IMG/VR virus record: IMGVR_UViG_3300029841_000003
Source: a virus
Lineage: Duplodnaviria; Heunggongvirae; Uroviricota; Caudoviricetes
Strand: one strand, 5' to 3'
Length of the DNA: 64,000 bases
Below the pieces are notes generated by a model. It was given only the letters and a program-made list of their open reading frames with translations, was not told the DNA's origin and ran no database searches. The position numbers were made by a program, and so were the translations under genes. Positions 10,204 to 18,783 of the stretch are shown here, piece after piece. How positions within the stretch are numbered: position 1 is the first letter of the stretch; each line of letters starts with the position of its first letter.

Positions 10204-10245
10204 TAGAGCAAGTTAAGAGAAAGGAGAACAGTTTCAAGCAATAAA

Positions 10246-10293
10246 CAAGTTTGTAAAAAACTTGTTGACACAGAATACGGAGTATGTTATAAT
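10246..10293 (+). promoter_or_regulatory. consensus sigma-A promoter TTGACA-N17-TATAAT with an overlapping 7-bp inverted repeat (operator-like)
   Basis: TTGACA at 10265-10270, an exact 17-nt spacer and TATAAT at 10288-10293. The inverted repeat CAAGTTT-gtaaa-AAACTTG (10246-10264) abuts the -35 box. Confidence 0.6.
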
Positions 10294-10319
10294 ACATATA
10301 TCACAAAAGGAAGAGGAAA

Positions 10320-10955
10320 ATGAGATATGTTTTAGAAAGTGAAAAATATCCTGGAAATTATTTGGTGTTTAAACATGGAAGTCCTCCTCATGTGGTGGAT
10401 TTAAAATCTGCTCAGAAGTTTGACAATGTACCGAAAGCTTTAAACAGGATATCAACAATTCCTAAAAATTTAAGCATATACGCCCCTTGGAAAGTAACAT
10501 CAGTTGATGAGAGAGTTGGTTTTGTACAGCAGAATAAATCTCTTGTAGAGATTGGTGATTATAAAAAGAAAATAGATGACAGCATATTGCCTATTAAAGA
10601 AATATTAGGTAATAGAAAACCTTTAGAAAAACAGCTAAAGGAACTGGAGCTTATATCTCAGGATCTTGATCACTATATAGAATTTAATAAACTGAATGTT
10701 ACTTCTGGATATTGGGCCTATAAAATAAAAAAAGCAATTAGAGAGAAACGAAGAAGTATAAAAGAAGATCTATATTATATAGATTATCTTCAGACAGCTT
10801 CATTACCTCAAATTGTAAACGGGGAAGGGAGGCCTAATTTAGATAATCAAAAATATCGAATTAGATCAGATATTGGACAAGAGTTTTTTAATCAGAAGTA
10901 CATATCTAAAGAAATAGCAGAGAAGATTTGCAAAGAAATAGAGGAGATTACATAA
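10320..10955 (+). CDS. hypothetical protein
   Basis: 211-aa ORF, first gene downstream of the consensus promoter, with a strong RBS GGAAGAGGAAAA. Confidence 0.4.
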   Translation: MRYVLESEKYPGNYLVFKHGSPPHVVDLKSAQKFDNVPKALNRISTIPKNLSIYAPWKVTSVDERVGFVQQNKSLVEIGDYKKKIDDSILPIKEILGNRKPLEKQLKELELISQDLDHYIEFNKLNVTSGYWAYKIKKAIREKRRSIKEDLYYIDYLQTASLPQIVNGEGRPNLDNQKYRIRSDIGQEFFNQKYISKEIAEKICKEIEEIT

Positions 10956-10957
10956 TG

Positions 10958-11860
10958 AATGAATTAATTATGCTGGTAGGTTTACCTGCTTCCGGTAAAA
11001 GTACATGGGCTAAAGAGTATTCAGAAACTCATCCTGATTATATAGTGCACTCTTCTGATAAACTCAGAGAAGAAATGTATGGAGATAATTATGATGACGC
11101 AGACAACAGTAAAGTATTTGAAGAACTGCATCGTAGAATACTGGAAGATTTGAAAATGCATTCGGTTATTTATGATGCTACTAATTTGGTAAAGAAAAGA
11201 AGAGTGCATTTTTTAAAAGGAGTTCCTAAACATGTTTATAAAACATGTATTATGTTTTTGAAAACGTATGAAAAATGTTTAAAGGATAACTCAAAAAGGG
11301 AAAATTCAGTTCCAGACGAAGTGATTACAAGAATGAGGAAAGTATTTTCTCCACCAATGTACCATGAAGGGTTCAATGAAATTAGAGTTGTACAAGATGA
11401 TCATAAAGATATAAAAGAATTAATAGATATGGCTCGTGACTTCGATCAAGAGAATCCACATCATTCTCTTACTCTTTATGAACATCTGAAAAAGGTTTCA
11501 GAAGGAGTACCTAGAGAAGAAAAAAATTTATGGGTGGCGGCCTGTCTCCATGATATTGGAAAGCTTTTCACTAAATCAAGAATTAATGGAAAAGGTGAAG
11601 AGGATGATTACTGTCACTATTATCAACATCATTGTGTTGGAGCTTATGAATGTTTAACATGTTTTGATTTTTCCGGTGCACTTACAGGAAAAGATATATA
11701 TGATGCTTTTTATACAGCAAATTTGATTTATTATCATATGCATCCCTATTTATCATGGTCGCAATCAAACAAGGCAAAGAATAAAGATAAGTATTTAATT
11801 GGAAAACAGATGTTTTCAGATGTGATGTTATTACATGAAGCAGATGTTAAAGGGCATTGA
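10958..11860 (+). CDS. polynucleotide kinase-like P-loop kinase fused to an HD phosphohydrolase domain (Pnkp-like RNA/DNA end-healing enzyme)
   Basis: Walker A LVGLPASGKSTWAKEY at the N-terminus, as in T4 Pnk. The C-terminal half has HD-domain residues (HSLTLYEHL ... ACLHDIGK ... HH). The start was chosen at MNELIM, because the ORF-track start at 10928 overlaps the upstream gene. Confidence 0.55.
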   Translation, partial: NELIMLVGLPASGKSTWAKEYSETHPDYIVHSSDKLREEMYGDNYDDADNSKVFEELHRRILEDLKMHSVIYDATNLVKKRRVHFLKGVPKHVYKTCIMFLKTYEKCLKDNSKRENSVPDEVITRMRKVFSPPMYHEGFNEIRVVQDDHKDIKELIDMARDFDQENPHHSLTLYEHLKKVSEGVPREEKNLWVAACLHDIGKLFTKSRINGKGEEDDYCHYYQHHCVGAYECLTCFDFSGALTGKDIYDAFYTANLIYYHMHPYLSWSQSNKAKNKDKYLIGKQMFSDVMLLHEADVKGH

Positions 11861-11900
11861 TTTTCGATATAAACAATGATATAAAACAGGAGAATAAAAA

Positions 11901-13001
11901 ATGAGAATTATTAAGGTAGGAAACACATTTAGAACTTACGACGATTCATTAGAAACTTTCGACAAGCTTCCGGCTCAGAATTATGTCGTGAGGTTTCAAA
12001 AGAATTCTGGTTTCTTTTTAGAAAAATATGCAGACATAGAAATCAAAGAAAAAACCTACGGAGTACATATGAGTAAGGTTGAAAAAGTTCTTAAAGCTTT
12101 CCCAAAAGCAGAAAAGAACCTTGGCGTTATCCTGTCAGGCAATAAAGGAATCGGCAAATCATTGTTTGCAAAGACATTGGCTGTGGAAGCAACAAAAGTT
12201 GGTTTACCAGTTATCATTGTAGACACGTATATTCCTGGAATTGCAAGTTTCATAGAAGAAATTGAACAGGAAGTAATGGTACTGTTTGATGAATTTGATA
12301 AAACATTTGGCAGTATTAAAGCTGCTGATGGCATGGCAGATCCTCAAACAGAAATGCTTACATTGTTTGATGGATTGTCTCAAGGGAAGAAAATGTTTGT
12401 GATTACTTGTAATGACCTCAACTCGTTAAATAGTTATTTAGTAAACAGACCTGGAAGATTCCACTATCATTTTAGATTTGAGTATCCGTCAGATGCTGAA
12501 ATTACAGAGTACTTAGAAGATAAGTTAGATAAACAGTATTACAGTGAAATTGAAAAAGTAATTTCTTTCGCTCACAAAGTAGATTTAAACTATGACTGCC
12601 TGAGAGCAATTGCATTCGAGTTGAATTTTGGAGAGCCTTTTGAGATAGCAATCAAAGATTTGAACATTATTAATCTGAATAGTGTTATATATGAAGTCAC
12701 TCTACATCTTGAAGATGGTTCTGAGGCAACCACAAAATTGACCATTGATTTCTTTGATAAAAGTGCAAGGATTGAACCGGAATTCTGCTTTAAAGGAACT
12801 TATGTAGATGCTTCTTGTAAGGTTCTTGATTGTGAGTTTGATCATAAGAAAGGCATCATTTATGTATCTGGAAATGATATTAAATTAGAAAGTGATAATT
12901 ACTATAATAATGAAGAAGATGAAAAGATCATCAAAGAAATGAAACCAGCATATATGACTTTTATAAGAGCAAAAAGTAGAGAATTGCATTATGCAGTATA
13001 A
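11901..13001 (+). CDS. AAA+ family ATPase
   Basis: 366 aa with Walker A GVILSGNKGIGKS and Walker B VLFDEFDK. Confidence 0.5.
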   Translation: MRIIKVGNTFRTYDDSLETFDKLPAQNYVVRFQKNSGFFLEKYADIEIKEKTYGVHMSKVEKVLKAFPKAEKNLGVILSGNKGIGKSLFAKTLAVEATKVGLPVIIVDTYIPGIASFIEEIEQEVMVLFDEFDKTFGSIKAADGMADPQTEMLTLFDGLSQGKKMFVITCNDLNSLNSYLVNRPGRFHYHFRFEYPSDAEITEYLEDKLDKQYYSEIEKVISFAHKVDLNYDCLRAIAFELNFGEPFEIAIKDLNIINLNSVIYEVTLHLEDGSEATTKLTIDFFDKSARIEPEFCFKGTYVDASCKVLDCEFDHKKGIIYVSGNDIKLESDNYYNNEEDEKIIKEMKPAYMTFIRAKSRELHYAV

Positions 13002-13038
13002 ATAATCTGTATATAGATACCTTCATAGGTATCTATAG

Positions 13039-13111
13039 AGGGTAGTGGCCAAGCGGTAAGGCACAGCACTTTGACTGCTGCATTCATGGGTTCGAATCCC
13101 ATCTACCCCGT
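13039..13111 (+). tRNA. tRNA-Gln (anticodon TTG)
   Basis: Cloverleaf by eye: D-arm GCC-AAGCGGTAA-GGC, anticodon stem CAGCA/TGCTG, loop CTTTGAC, T-arm ATGGG-TTCGAAT-CCCAT and acceptor AGGGTAG/CTACCCC. The 1:72 pair is an A:C mismatch. No CCA is encoded. Confidence 0.6.
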
Positions 13112-13478
13112 AGTTCTAAGTTAGCTCTGAAGGCCAAAGAGGTAACCAATAGAACTAAGGTATACCTACTTATGTTCATGGCGAACATAGATAAAACTTA
13201 AGTGAAATTTTGGATGGTTTAATAACTGGAACCTGTTCAAAAAAGGGAACACAGTACATTGGTAGCAATGGTTTGAATGTACAAAACATTTATATAGATG
13301 TGCTTTGTGCTAATGAGTAATTAGTATAAGGCGAAAAAAGTAATTGAGTCAGTGAGGTAGAGGTGAGTGATGGGGCAACGGAATGGTGACGACTGTTCGT
13401 GTAGCTGACATGATTACAAATCAATCATTATAGTTGTTACGTTTTTATATGTGGGTGTTTTCAAAGTTCACCCACTAT

Positions 13479-13552
13479 GGAAACTTAGCTCAGTTGGTTA
13501 GAGCAACCGGCTCATAACCGGTCGGTCCTGGGTTCGAGTCCCAGAGTTTCCA
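13479..13552 (+). tRNA. tRNA with CAT anticodon (elongator Met, or Ile2 if lysidinylated)
   Basis: Acceptor GGAAACT/AGTTTCC, D-arm GCTC-AGTTGGTTAG-AGC, anticodon stem ACCGG/CCGGT, loop CTCATAA and T-arm CCTGG-GTTCGAG-TCCCAG. G1-C72 argues against an initiator tRNA. Confidence 0.75.
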
Positions 13553-13783
13553 CTTCTCCTGACGAAGGAGTGACTTTTGAGAGCTCTAATTTTCAATAGT
13601 AAAGAGCCGTTGCTGATTTGGTAGTGAGAATCAGATGGCGCTGGAAAGACAGATAGTTTTTGAGATGTTTTGTAAAGTAATAAATGTCCCAGCTTTAGAG
13701 AAAATGTAGGGAATTGAGCTGATCAAAGAACACATAATCCTGTTGTGACTGCAGCACGACAGGTCATGCATGAAAATTTAGTA

Positions 13784-13856
<73 letters not shown>

Positions 13857-14099
13857 ATTTGTGATCCTGAGATGGTAACAAAATTGGTTTAAAATCCAAT
13901 TGTCCCCAAAATATATAAAAACGTGAATAGTAGTAAAGCGATTGTACTGCGAAAGCAACTGATTCATCAGTTATGAGGGATGATCTTATCAGAAATGAAT
14001 GATAAGAAGTTCATAAGAGAACTGACAGTAAAGTAGCGTTTACTGTTGAACAAAAGAAAATAGTAACTATTAAAGTTTAAAATTCAGGAGGTATTTATT

Positions 14100-14738
14100 A
14101 TGACAACAGAAAAAATGAATGTACATAAAGCATTAGCGGAACTGAAGATCTTAGATGATCGCATCGTAAAAGCAATCAACAGTGTAGAAGCTTGTATTTC
14201 AAATAAGCATTCTAACACAAAAGTCAAAGGTGTAGATATCAAAGTTTACACAGGGGTTATGAAATCTTCTTATGATAAAGCAACTGATTTAATCAAGAGA
14301 AGAGAAGCTATTAAAAGAGCTGTAGTTCTTTCAAATGCAGTAACTAAAGTCACTGTTGCTGATAAAGAGTATACAGTAGCTGAAGCTATTGAAATGAAAA
14401 ATCATGGAATGGACTTCAAGAAACTTTTAAAACAGAAAATCAAAAAACAGTATGATGCTGCTATGGCTCAGATCATAACTGAGAATGGTAAATTGGAAGA
14501 TAAAGCTGAAAATTATGTTGTAGGGCTCTATGGCAGTAAAGAAGGTAAAACCTCTACTGAAGAGTTTACAAAAACTAGAGAAGCTTATATAGAAGCTCAG
14601 ACAATGGAACTTGTTGATCCAATTGGTGTTCTTAAAGAAATGGAGGATTTAGAAACAGAGATTGCAGAATTTACTGCTGAAGTAGATGCGGCACTTTCAG
14701 TAAGTAATTCTCTGACAGAAATAGAAATTACATACTAA
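14100..14738 (+). CDS. hypothetical protein with predicted coiled coil
   Basis: 212-aa ORF with a strong RBS AGGAGGT, followed by a hairpin TATATGTCT...AGACATATA. Confidence 0.4.
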   Translation: MTTEKMNVHKALAELKILDDRIVKAINSVEACISNKHSNTKVKGVDIKVYTGVMKSSYDKATDLIKRREAIKRAVVLSNAVTKVTVADKEYTVAEAIEMKNHGMDFKKLLKQKIKKQYDAAMAQIITENGKLEDKAENYVVGLYGSKEGKTSTEEFTKTREAYIEAQTMELVDPIGVLKEMEDLETEIAEFTAEVDAALSVSNSLTEIEITY

Positions 14739-14929
14739 GATATATTCACTGCTTATCGAAAACTTTAAACTATAATCTATATGTCTTTTTAGCTGGGTTA
14801 GACATATATAAAACAATAAAGAAACCACAGCATTACTTATACAGTAGATAATAGTATAAACTACAAAATGGATTAGGATTACGTGGTCGTATAGGACCTG
14901 TAAGCTTAATATATTATATTATTGGATGA

Positions 14930-15060
14930 GGCAGATAGCCATAGTACTGTAAAGTTCAAAGATTAAAACTCAAATCTTAAAATTCAAAATTCAAAGTTTA
15001 TCCCAGTTTAAAGATTAAAGAATAAAGCATAAAGAATAAAGATTTATCAAATCCTTGGTA
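14930..15060. repeat. A-rich short direct repeats (AAAGATTAAA x2, AATTCAAA x2, ATAAAG x3)
   Basis: The repeats are visible in the intergenic sequence between 14739 and 15180. Their function is unknown; they could be iterons or regulatory. Confidence 0.3.
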
Positions 15061-15180
15061 AAAGTTTATGAGCATGATTATACTTGGCTCTTAGTTTGTA
15101 CAAGGCTGGTAAGTAGTGAATAAGTAAATATAATAGTCGCTTTCATTATTAACAATTGGCAGTTCAACTGCCAGTTGTAC

Positions 15181-15262
15181 CCACCCATGGTGGAATTGGC
15201 AGACACGTTAGATTTAGGTTCTAATGCTTAATAGCGTGAGAGTTCGAGTCTCTCTGGGTGGA
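15181..15262 (+). tRNA. tRNA-Leu (anticodon TAG), class II with long variable arm
   Basis: Acceptor CCACCCA/TGGGTGG, anticodon stem TTAGA/TCTAA, loop TTTAGGT, a 13-nt variable arm and T-arm GAGAG-TTCGAGT-CTCTC. A palindrome GGCAGTTcAACTGCC sits just upstream. Confidence 0.7.
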
Positions 15263-15286
15263 TTAATAAATAGAAAGGAGTAAAAA

Positions 15287-15787
15287 ATGTTTCAAGTAGG
15301 AGATATAGTACAAGTAATAATAGTGCCTAAAAAATATAAACAATATGATATTACAGGTGCTACAGGTATTGTAAAAACAGTTTATTCTAACAATATAAGA
15401 ATACATATCTCTAGTTATTACAACGAAAAATCAGAAGAAGGAGATTTTTATTTTAAAGAAAATGAGCTAGATAATTTTGCAAGAAAGGAAAATGATATGT
15501 CAATTATAGAACTTTGGGAGAAAAGAAGTATTGAAAAGATTGATAAGGAAACTGAAATTAAATTAATGGAATTACTTGCAGAAGATGAATATACCCATGA
15601 TTTAATTTTACATATGAATGATCTAAAAGATGCTAGGTTTAAAGTTGAAATGCCAAATAACATTTATGATATGACTTCTGATTATACCAGAGGAATGAGA
15701 ACTATTACTTTAAGTTCAGCAGAAGAGAAAAAAGTTGAAATTAAAAAAAGTAGCAGAAGAAGTTGGTGTCTTATTAGAGATGTGTAA
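15287..15787 (+). CDS. hypothetical protein
   Basis: 166-aa ORF with RBS AAAGGAG. Confidence 0.35.
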   Translation: MFQVGDIVQVIIVPKKYKQYDITGATGIVKTVYSNNIRIHISSYYNEKSEEGDFYFKENELDNFARKENDMSIIELWEKRSIEKIDKETEIKLMELLAEDEYTHDLILHMNDLKDARFKVEMPNNIYDMTSDYTRGMRTITLSSAEEKKVEIKKSSRRSWCLIRDV

Positions 15788-15861
15788 AGGAGACGTTGTT
15801 AAAGAAATGGAGATTCTTTGTAGCTATAGAGTTGTAGAGTACCCATTCGGGAGAATGACTG

Positions 15862-16437
15862 TTGGAGGTAATGCTTGTGGGAAATAAAAAGAAAGTTCTG
15901 ATTGTAGTTGATGTGCAGAATGATTTTGTAACTGGCTCACTAGGTACGCCGGAAGCTCAAGCTATTGTACCTAAAATTAAAGAAAAGTTTGAAGAATATA
16001 AAAATAATGGGGATTATGTAGTGTATACAATGGATACACATAATTCAGATTATTTGAATACTTCTGAGGGTAAAAAACTTCCTGTTGAACATTGTATATA
16101 TCGAACTTCAGGGTGGGAGGTTATAGATGAAATTCATCCTGTAAAAAATAATTATAACAATTTTATGGTATGTAAAAAGTCAACTTTTGGTTATGAAGGC
16201 TGGGATTGGGAAGAAATATTTGGGACAGACAGTGATATAGACAATTTAAACATTGAAATCATAGGTGTGTGTACAGACATCTGCGTTATCACAAATGCTC
16301 TTCTTATCAAAACTTATTATCCGGAGGCAGAGATCACAGTAGATGCGTCATGTTGCGCTGGAACTACACCGGAGAAGCATAAAGCAGCTTTAGAGGTGAT
16401 GAAAAGTTGTCAGATTAATGTGATAGGAGAGAAATAA
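15862..16437 (+). CDS. pncA: nicotinamidase / isochorismatase-family hydrolase (PncA-like)
   Basis: The N-terminus VLIVVDVQNDFVTGSLG carries the isochorismatase-family Asp. The conserved catalytic Cys context IIGVCTDICV is present. Confidence 0.7.
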   Translation: MEVMLVGNKKKVLIVVDVQNDFVTGSLGTPEAQAIVPKIKEKFEEYKNNGDYVVYTMDTHNSDYLNTSEGKKLPVEHCIYRTSGWEVIDEIHPVKNNYNNFMVCKKSTFGYEGWDWEEIFGTDSDIDNLNIEIIGVCTDICVITNALLIKTYYPEAEITVDASCCAGTTPEKHKAALEVMKSCQINVIGEK

Positions 16438-16438
16438 G

Positions 16439-16900
16439 ATGGTAGGAGAAAATACTGTGGAAATGAAGAAATTAGAAGAAATTACATTAGAGGATATTCA
16501 GAACTACTTACGTAAATATGACTGTGATGGAGTGATCACTACAAAACTTGTTGAAAAAAACAATACAGAAACCTTACAAGTATTTGAGTTTGATGGGCTT
16601 TATGACGATACTATTTGGGTGTGCTCAATTTATAAAAATGAGGATAATGATTTTTATATAAAAACAGCTGACGCAACCTCACCGTTTAATCATGCAGATG
16701 GCGTTGAATACGATGATAAAGAAAATGAACTGTTTAAGATTAGTACAATTGTCGCAGAATTATTAAGTTATGTAAAAGTTTCACTATGTGATTCTATTGA
16801 TTATCTCCAAAGACAGGTGGATTTTATCAATAATTTCTGTAATGGCAATCATTTGAATAATCCGTCTGTAATAACTACCTGTGATATTGAGCATAAGTAA
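16439..16900 (+). CDS. hypothetical protein
   Basis: 153-aa ORF. Confidence 0.3.
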   Translation: MVGENTVEMKKLEEITLEDIQNYLRKYDCDGVITTKLVEKNNTETLQVFEFDGLYDDTIWVCSIYKNEDNDFYIKTADATSPFNHADGVEYDDKENELFKISTIVAELLSYVKVSLCDSIDYLQRQVDFINNFCNGNHLNNPSVITTCDIEHK

Positions 16901-16953
16901 AAGTTAAGTAAGGATTATTAAACAGTAAGAAATAAATTATAAGGAGATTTGGA

Positions 16954-17757
16954 ATGATTAAATTAAACGGTGTAGAAATCAAACTTGATAAATATCCGGA
17001 TGGAACATTCTTATTTAAGGATATTCCTCCTATTGGAGGATGGTGCAGAGATAATATTGAATGGTTCTTTGAATCAATGGAAGAGTTAACAGCAGTTGAA
17101 TATATTACTAGATATTGTTGGGACCATAGAGTAGTGCCTAATTTATATATGCCTTATATCCCAGATGCACGTATGGACCGAGTTAAGCATGAGAACGAAT
17201 TATTTACTTTAAAATATTTTGCTCAGACTATTAATTCATTACATTTTGGAAAAGTAGAAGTTTTAGATCCACATTCTGATGTATCTGCTGCATTATTTAA
17301 TAAAGTACATGTAGGATCCCCGAATCGAATGATTGAGGATACTGTCAAGAAGATTGCTAGTGATAATCTTATGATGTTTTATCCGGATGCAGGATCTATG
17401 AAAAGATATTCTTCAGCAGTACATCTTCCATATGCTTTCGGTATTAAGAATAGAGATTGGGAGACCGGAGAAATTAAAGGTTTAGATTTATCAGGTGAAA
17501 TTGATCAATTACCAGGTAAAGACATTCTTATTGTAGATGACATTTGCAGCAGAGGTGGTACTTTTTATTATAGTGCTAAAAAGCTGAAAGAGGCCGGTGT
17601 AGGTAAGATTTATCTTTATATTACTCATTGTGAGAATACTATTTATGAAGGAGAACTTCTGAAAAACAATGGACTGATAGAGAAGATTTATACGACAGAT
17701 ACGATTTTGACAAATCTGGAAAGTCCTAAGATTGAATTGGTTGAGAGATTTAGATGA
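16954..17757 (+). CDS. prs: ribose-phosphate pyrophosphokinase (PRPP synthetase)
   Basis: Shows Prs hallmarks: YPDGTF (FsDGE-like), MPYIPDARMDR (PYfgYaRqDr), VEVLDPHS (DlHa), FYPDAGSMKR and the PRPP-binding loop DILIVDDICSRGGTF. Confidence 0.85.
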   Translation: MIKLNGVEIKLDKYPDGTFLFKDIPPIGGWCRDNIEWFFESMEELTAVEYITRYCWDHRVVPNLYMPYIPDARMDRVKHENELFTLKYFAQTINSLHFGKVEVLDPHSDVSAALFNKVHVGSPNRMIEDTVKKIASDNLMMFYPDAGSMKRYSSAVHLPYAFGIKNRDWETGEIKGLDLSGEIDQLPGKDILIVDDICSRGGTFYYSAKKLKEAGVGKIYLYITHCENTIYEGELLKNNGLIEKIYTTDTILTNLESPKIELVERFR

Positions 17758-17809
17758 ATCAGTCCTGTACACACGCAGCATTCTTGCAGAAAAGAGGTAA
17801 GAGAAGAAA

Positions 17810-18097
17810 ATGAGTAAATCAGTATTAGTGATTGATACGCCAGAGAAATGTATACGTTGTCCGCTATTAAACGATGCAGATGAATGCACAGTACAAGATG
17901 CTAATGCAAATTTCAATGCTGGTGATTCGTGGGATGAGTTAATGAAAGGATGTCCTTTGAATCCATTGCCGGATAAAATGAAATTAACAGGAGTGTACGG
18001 AAGAGAGTATTTTCAAAGCAATGGAAAAATGCCTAGCTACAAGATTGGTTGGAATGATTGTTTGAGAGAAATTACAGGAGAAGATAATAATGAGTAA
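17810..18097 (+). CDS. small CxxC zinc-ribbon-like protein (paralog of the next gene)
   Basis: MSKSVLVIDTPEKCIRCPLL is similar to the N-terminus of 18090-18458 (MSKVMLSIEEPNSCDECPF). Confidence 0.35.
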   Translation: MSKSVLVIDTPEKCIRCPLLNDADECTVQDANANFNAGDSWDELMKGCPLNPLPDKMKLTGVYGREYFQSNGKMPSYKIGWNDCLREITGEDNNE

Positions 18098-18458
18098 AGT
18101 TATGTTATCTATAGAAGAACCTAATTCATGTGACGAATGCCCATTTTCAGAATTAGAAACGTATGGATATTATTGCCAATTATTAAATAAATACATTAAT
18201 TCCTTAAAAAGGAAAGAACATTCAACGATTCCTAAATTATGTCCATTAAGAGAATTACCAGATTACCGTACAGAAACATACAAATGGGAAGATAGACTTC
18301 TAAGCTTACAAGACGTGATTGAATCAATGGCTTATGAAATTGCTACATATAGACACTCTAATAGATATTCTCATATAGAAGATGTGGATGATATTTTAAG
18401 AGAATATGAAGTTGATAAAATTATAAAGGAGATGAGAAAGTATGGAACCAATTATTAG
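18090..18458 (+). CDS. small CxxC zinc-ribbon-like protein (paralog)
   Basis: Shares its N-terminal motif with the previous ORF. Confidence 0.35.
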   Translation: MSKVMLSIEEPNSCDECPFSELETYGYYCQLLNKYINSLKRKEHSTIPKLCPLRELPDYRTETYKWEDRLLSLQDVIESMAYEIATYRHSNRYSHIEDVDDILREYEVDKIIKEMRKYGTNY

Positions 18459-18783
18459 TCCTTGGTTGATTTATTTTGCAAGTAGAGCAGATGCAGTGGG
18501 GACTTTATTTCTGATTGTTGCAGTAGCTGCATTTGCAATATGTTTGATAGGATTTGATGATTTAACAAAGAATGGATTCAAGTTATTTATTTCAATTGGG
18601 ATTATTTCTGTAATTTTAACAGTTCTTACACCAACTACCGAAACCGTTTATACAATGATGGTTGCAAATGAACTAACATCGGACAATGTTCAAGCAATTG
18701 GGAAAACCGGCAAGGATGTTATTGATTACATTACTGATCAGATTGATAAAGTTGTAAACGACAAAGAGGAGAATAAAAAATAA
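18442..18783 (+). CDS. small membrane protein (2 predicted TM helices)
   Basis: Hydrophobic stretches LFLIVAVAAFAICLIGF and LFISIGIISVILTVL. Confidence 0.35.
   Translation: MEPIISPWLIYFASRADAVGTLFLIVAVAAFAICLIGFDDLTKNGFKLFISIGIISVILTVLTPTTETVYTMMVANELTSDNVQAIGKTGKDVIDYITDQIDKVVNDKEENKK

Noticed and set aside
13112-13478. Additional tRNA in the 360-nt Gln-Met spacer (GGTTTGAATG T-loop-like sequence near 13289)
   Set aside because: Acceptor, D-stem and anticodon-stem pairings could not be built around it by eye.
13479-13552. CAT-anticodon tRNA as initiator tRNA-fMet
   Set aside because: G1-C72 is paired and the anticodon stem lacks the three consecutive G-C pairs characteristic of bacterial initiator tRNA. 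Elongator Met or Ile2 is more likely.
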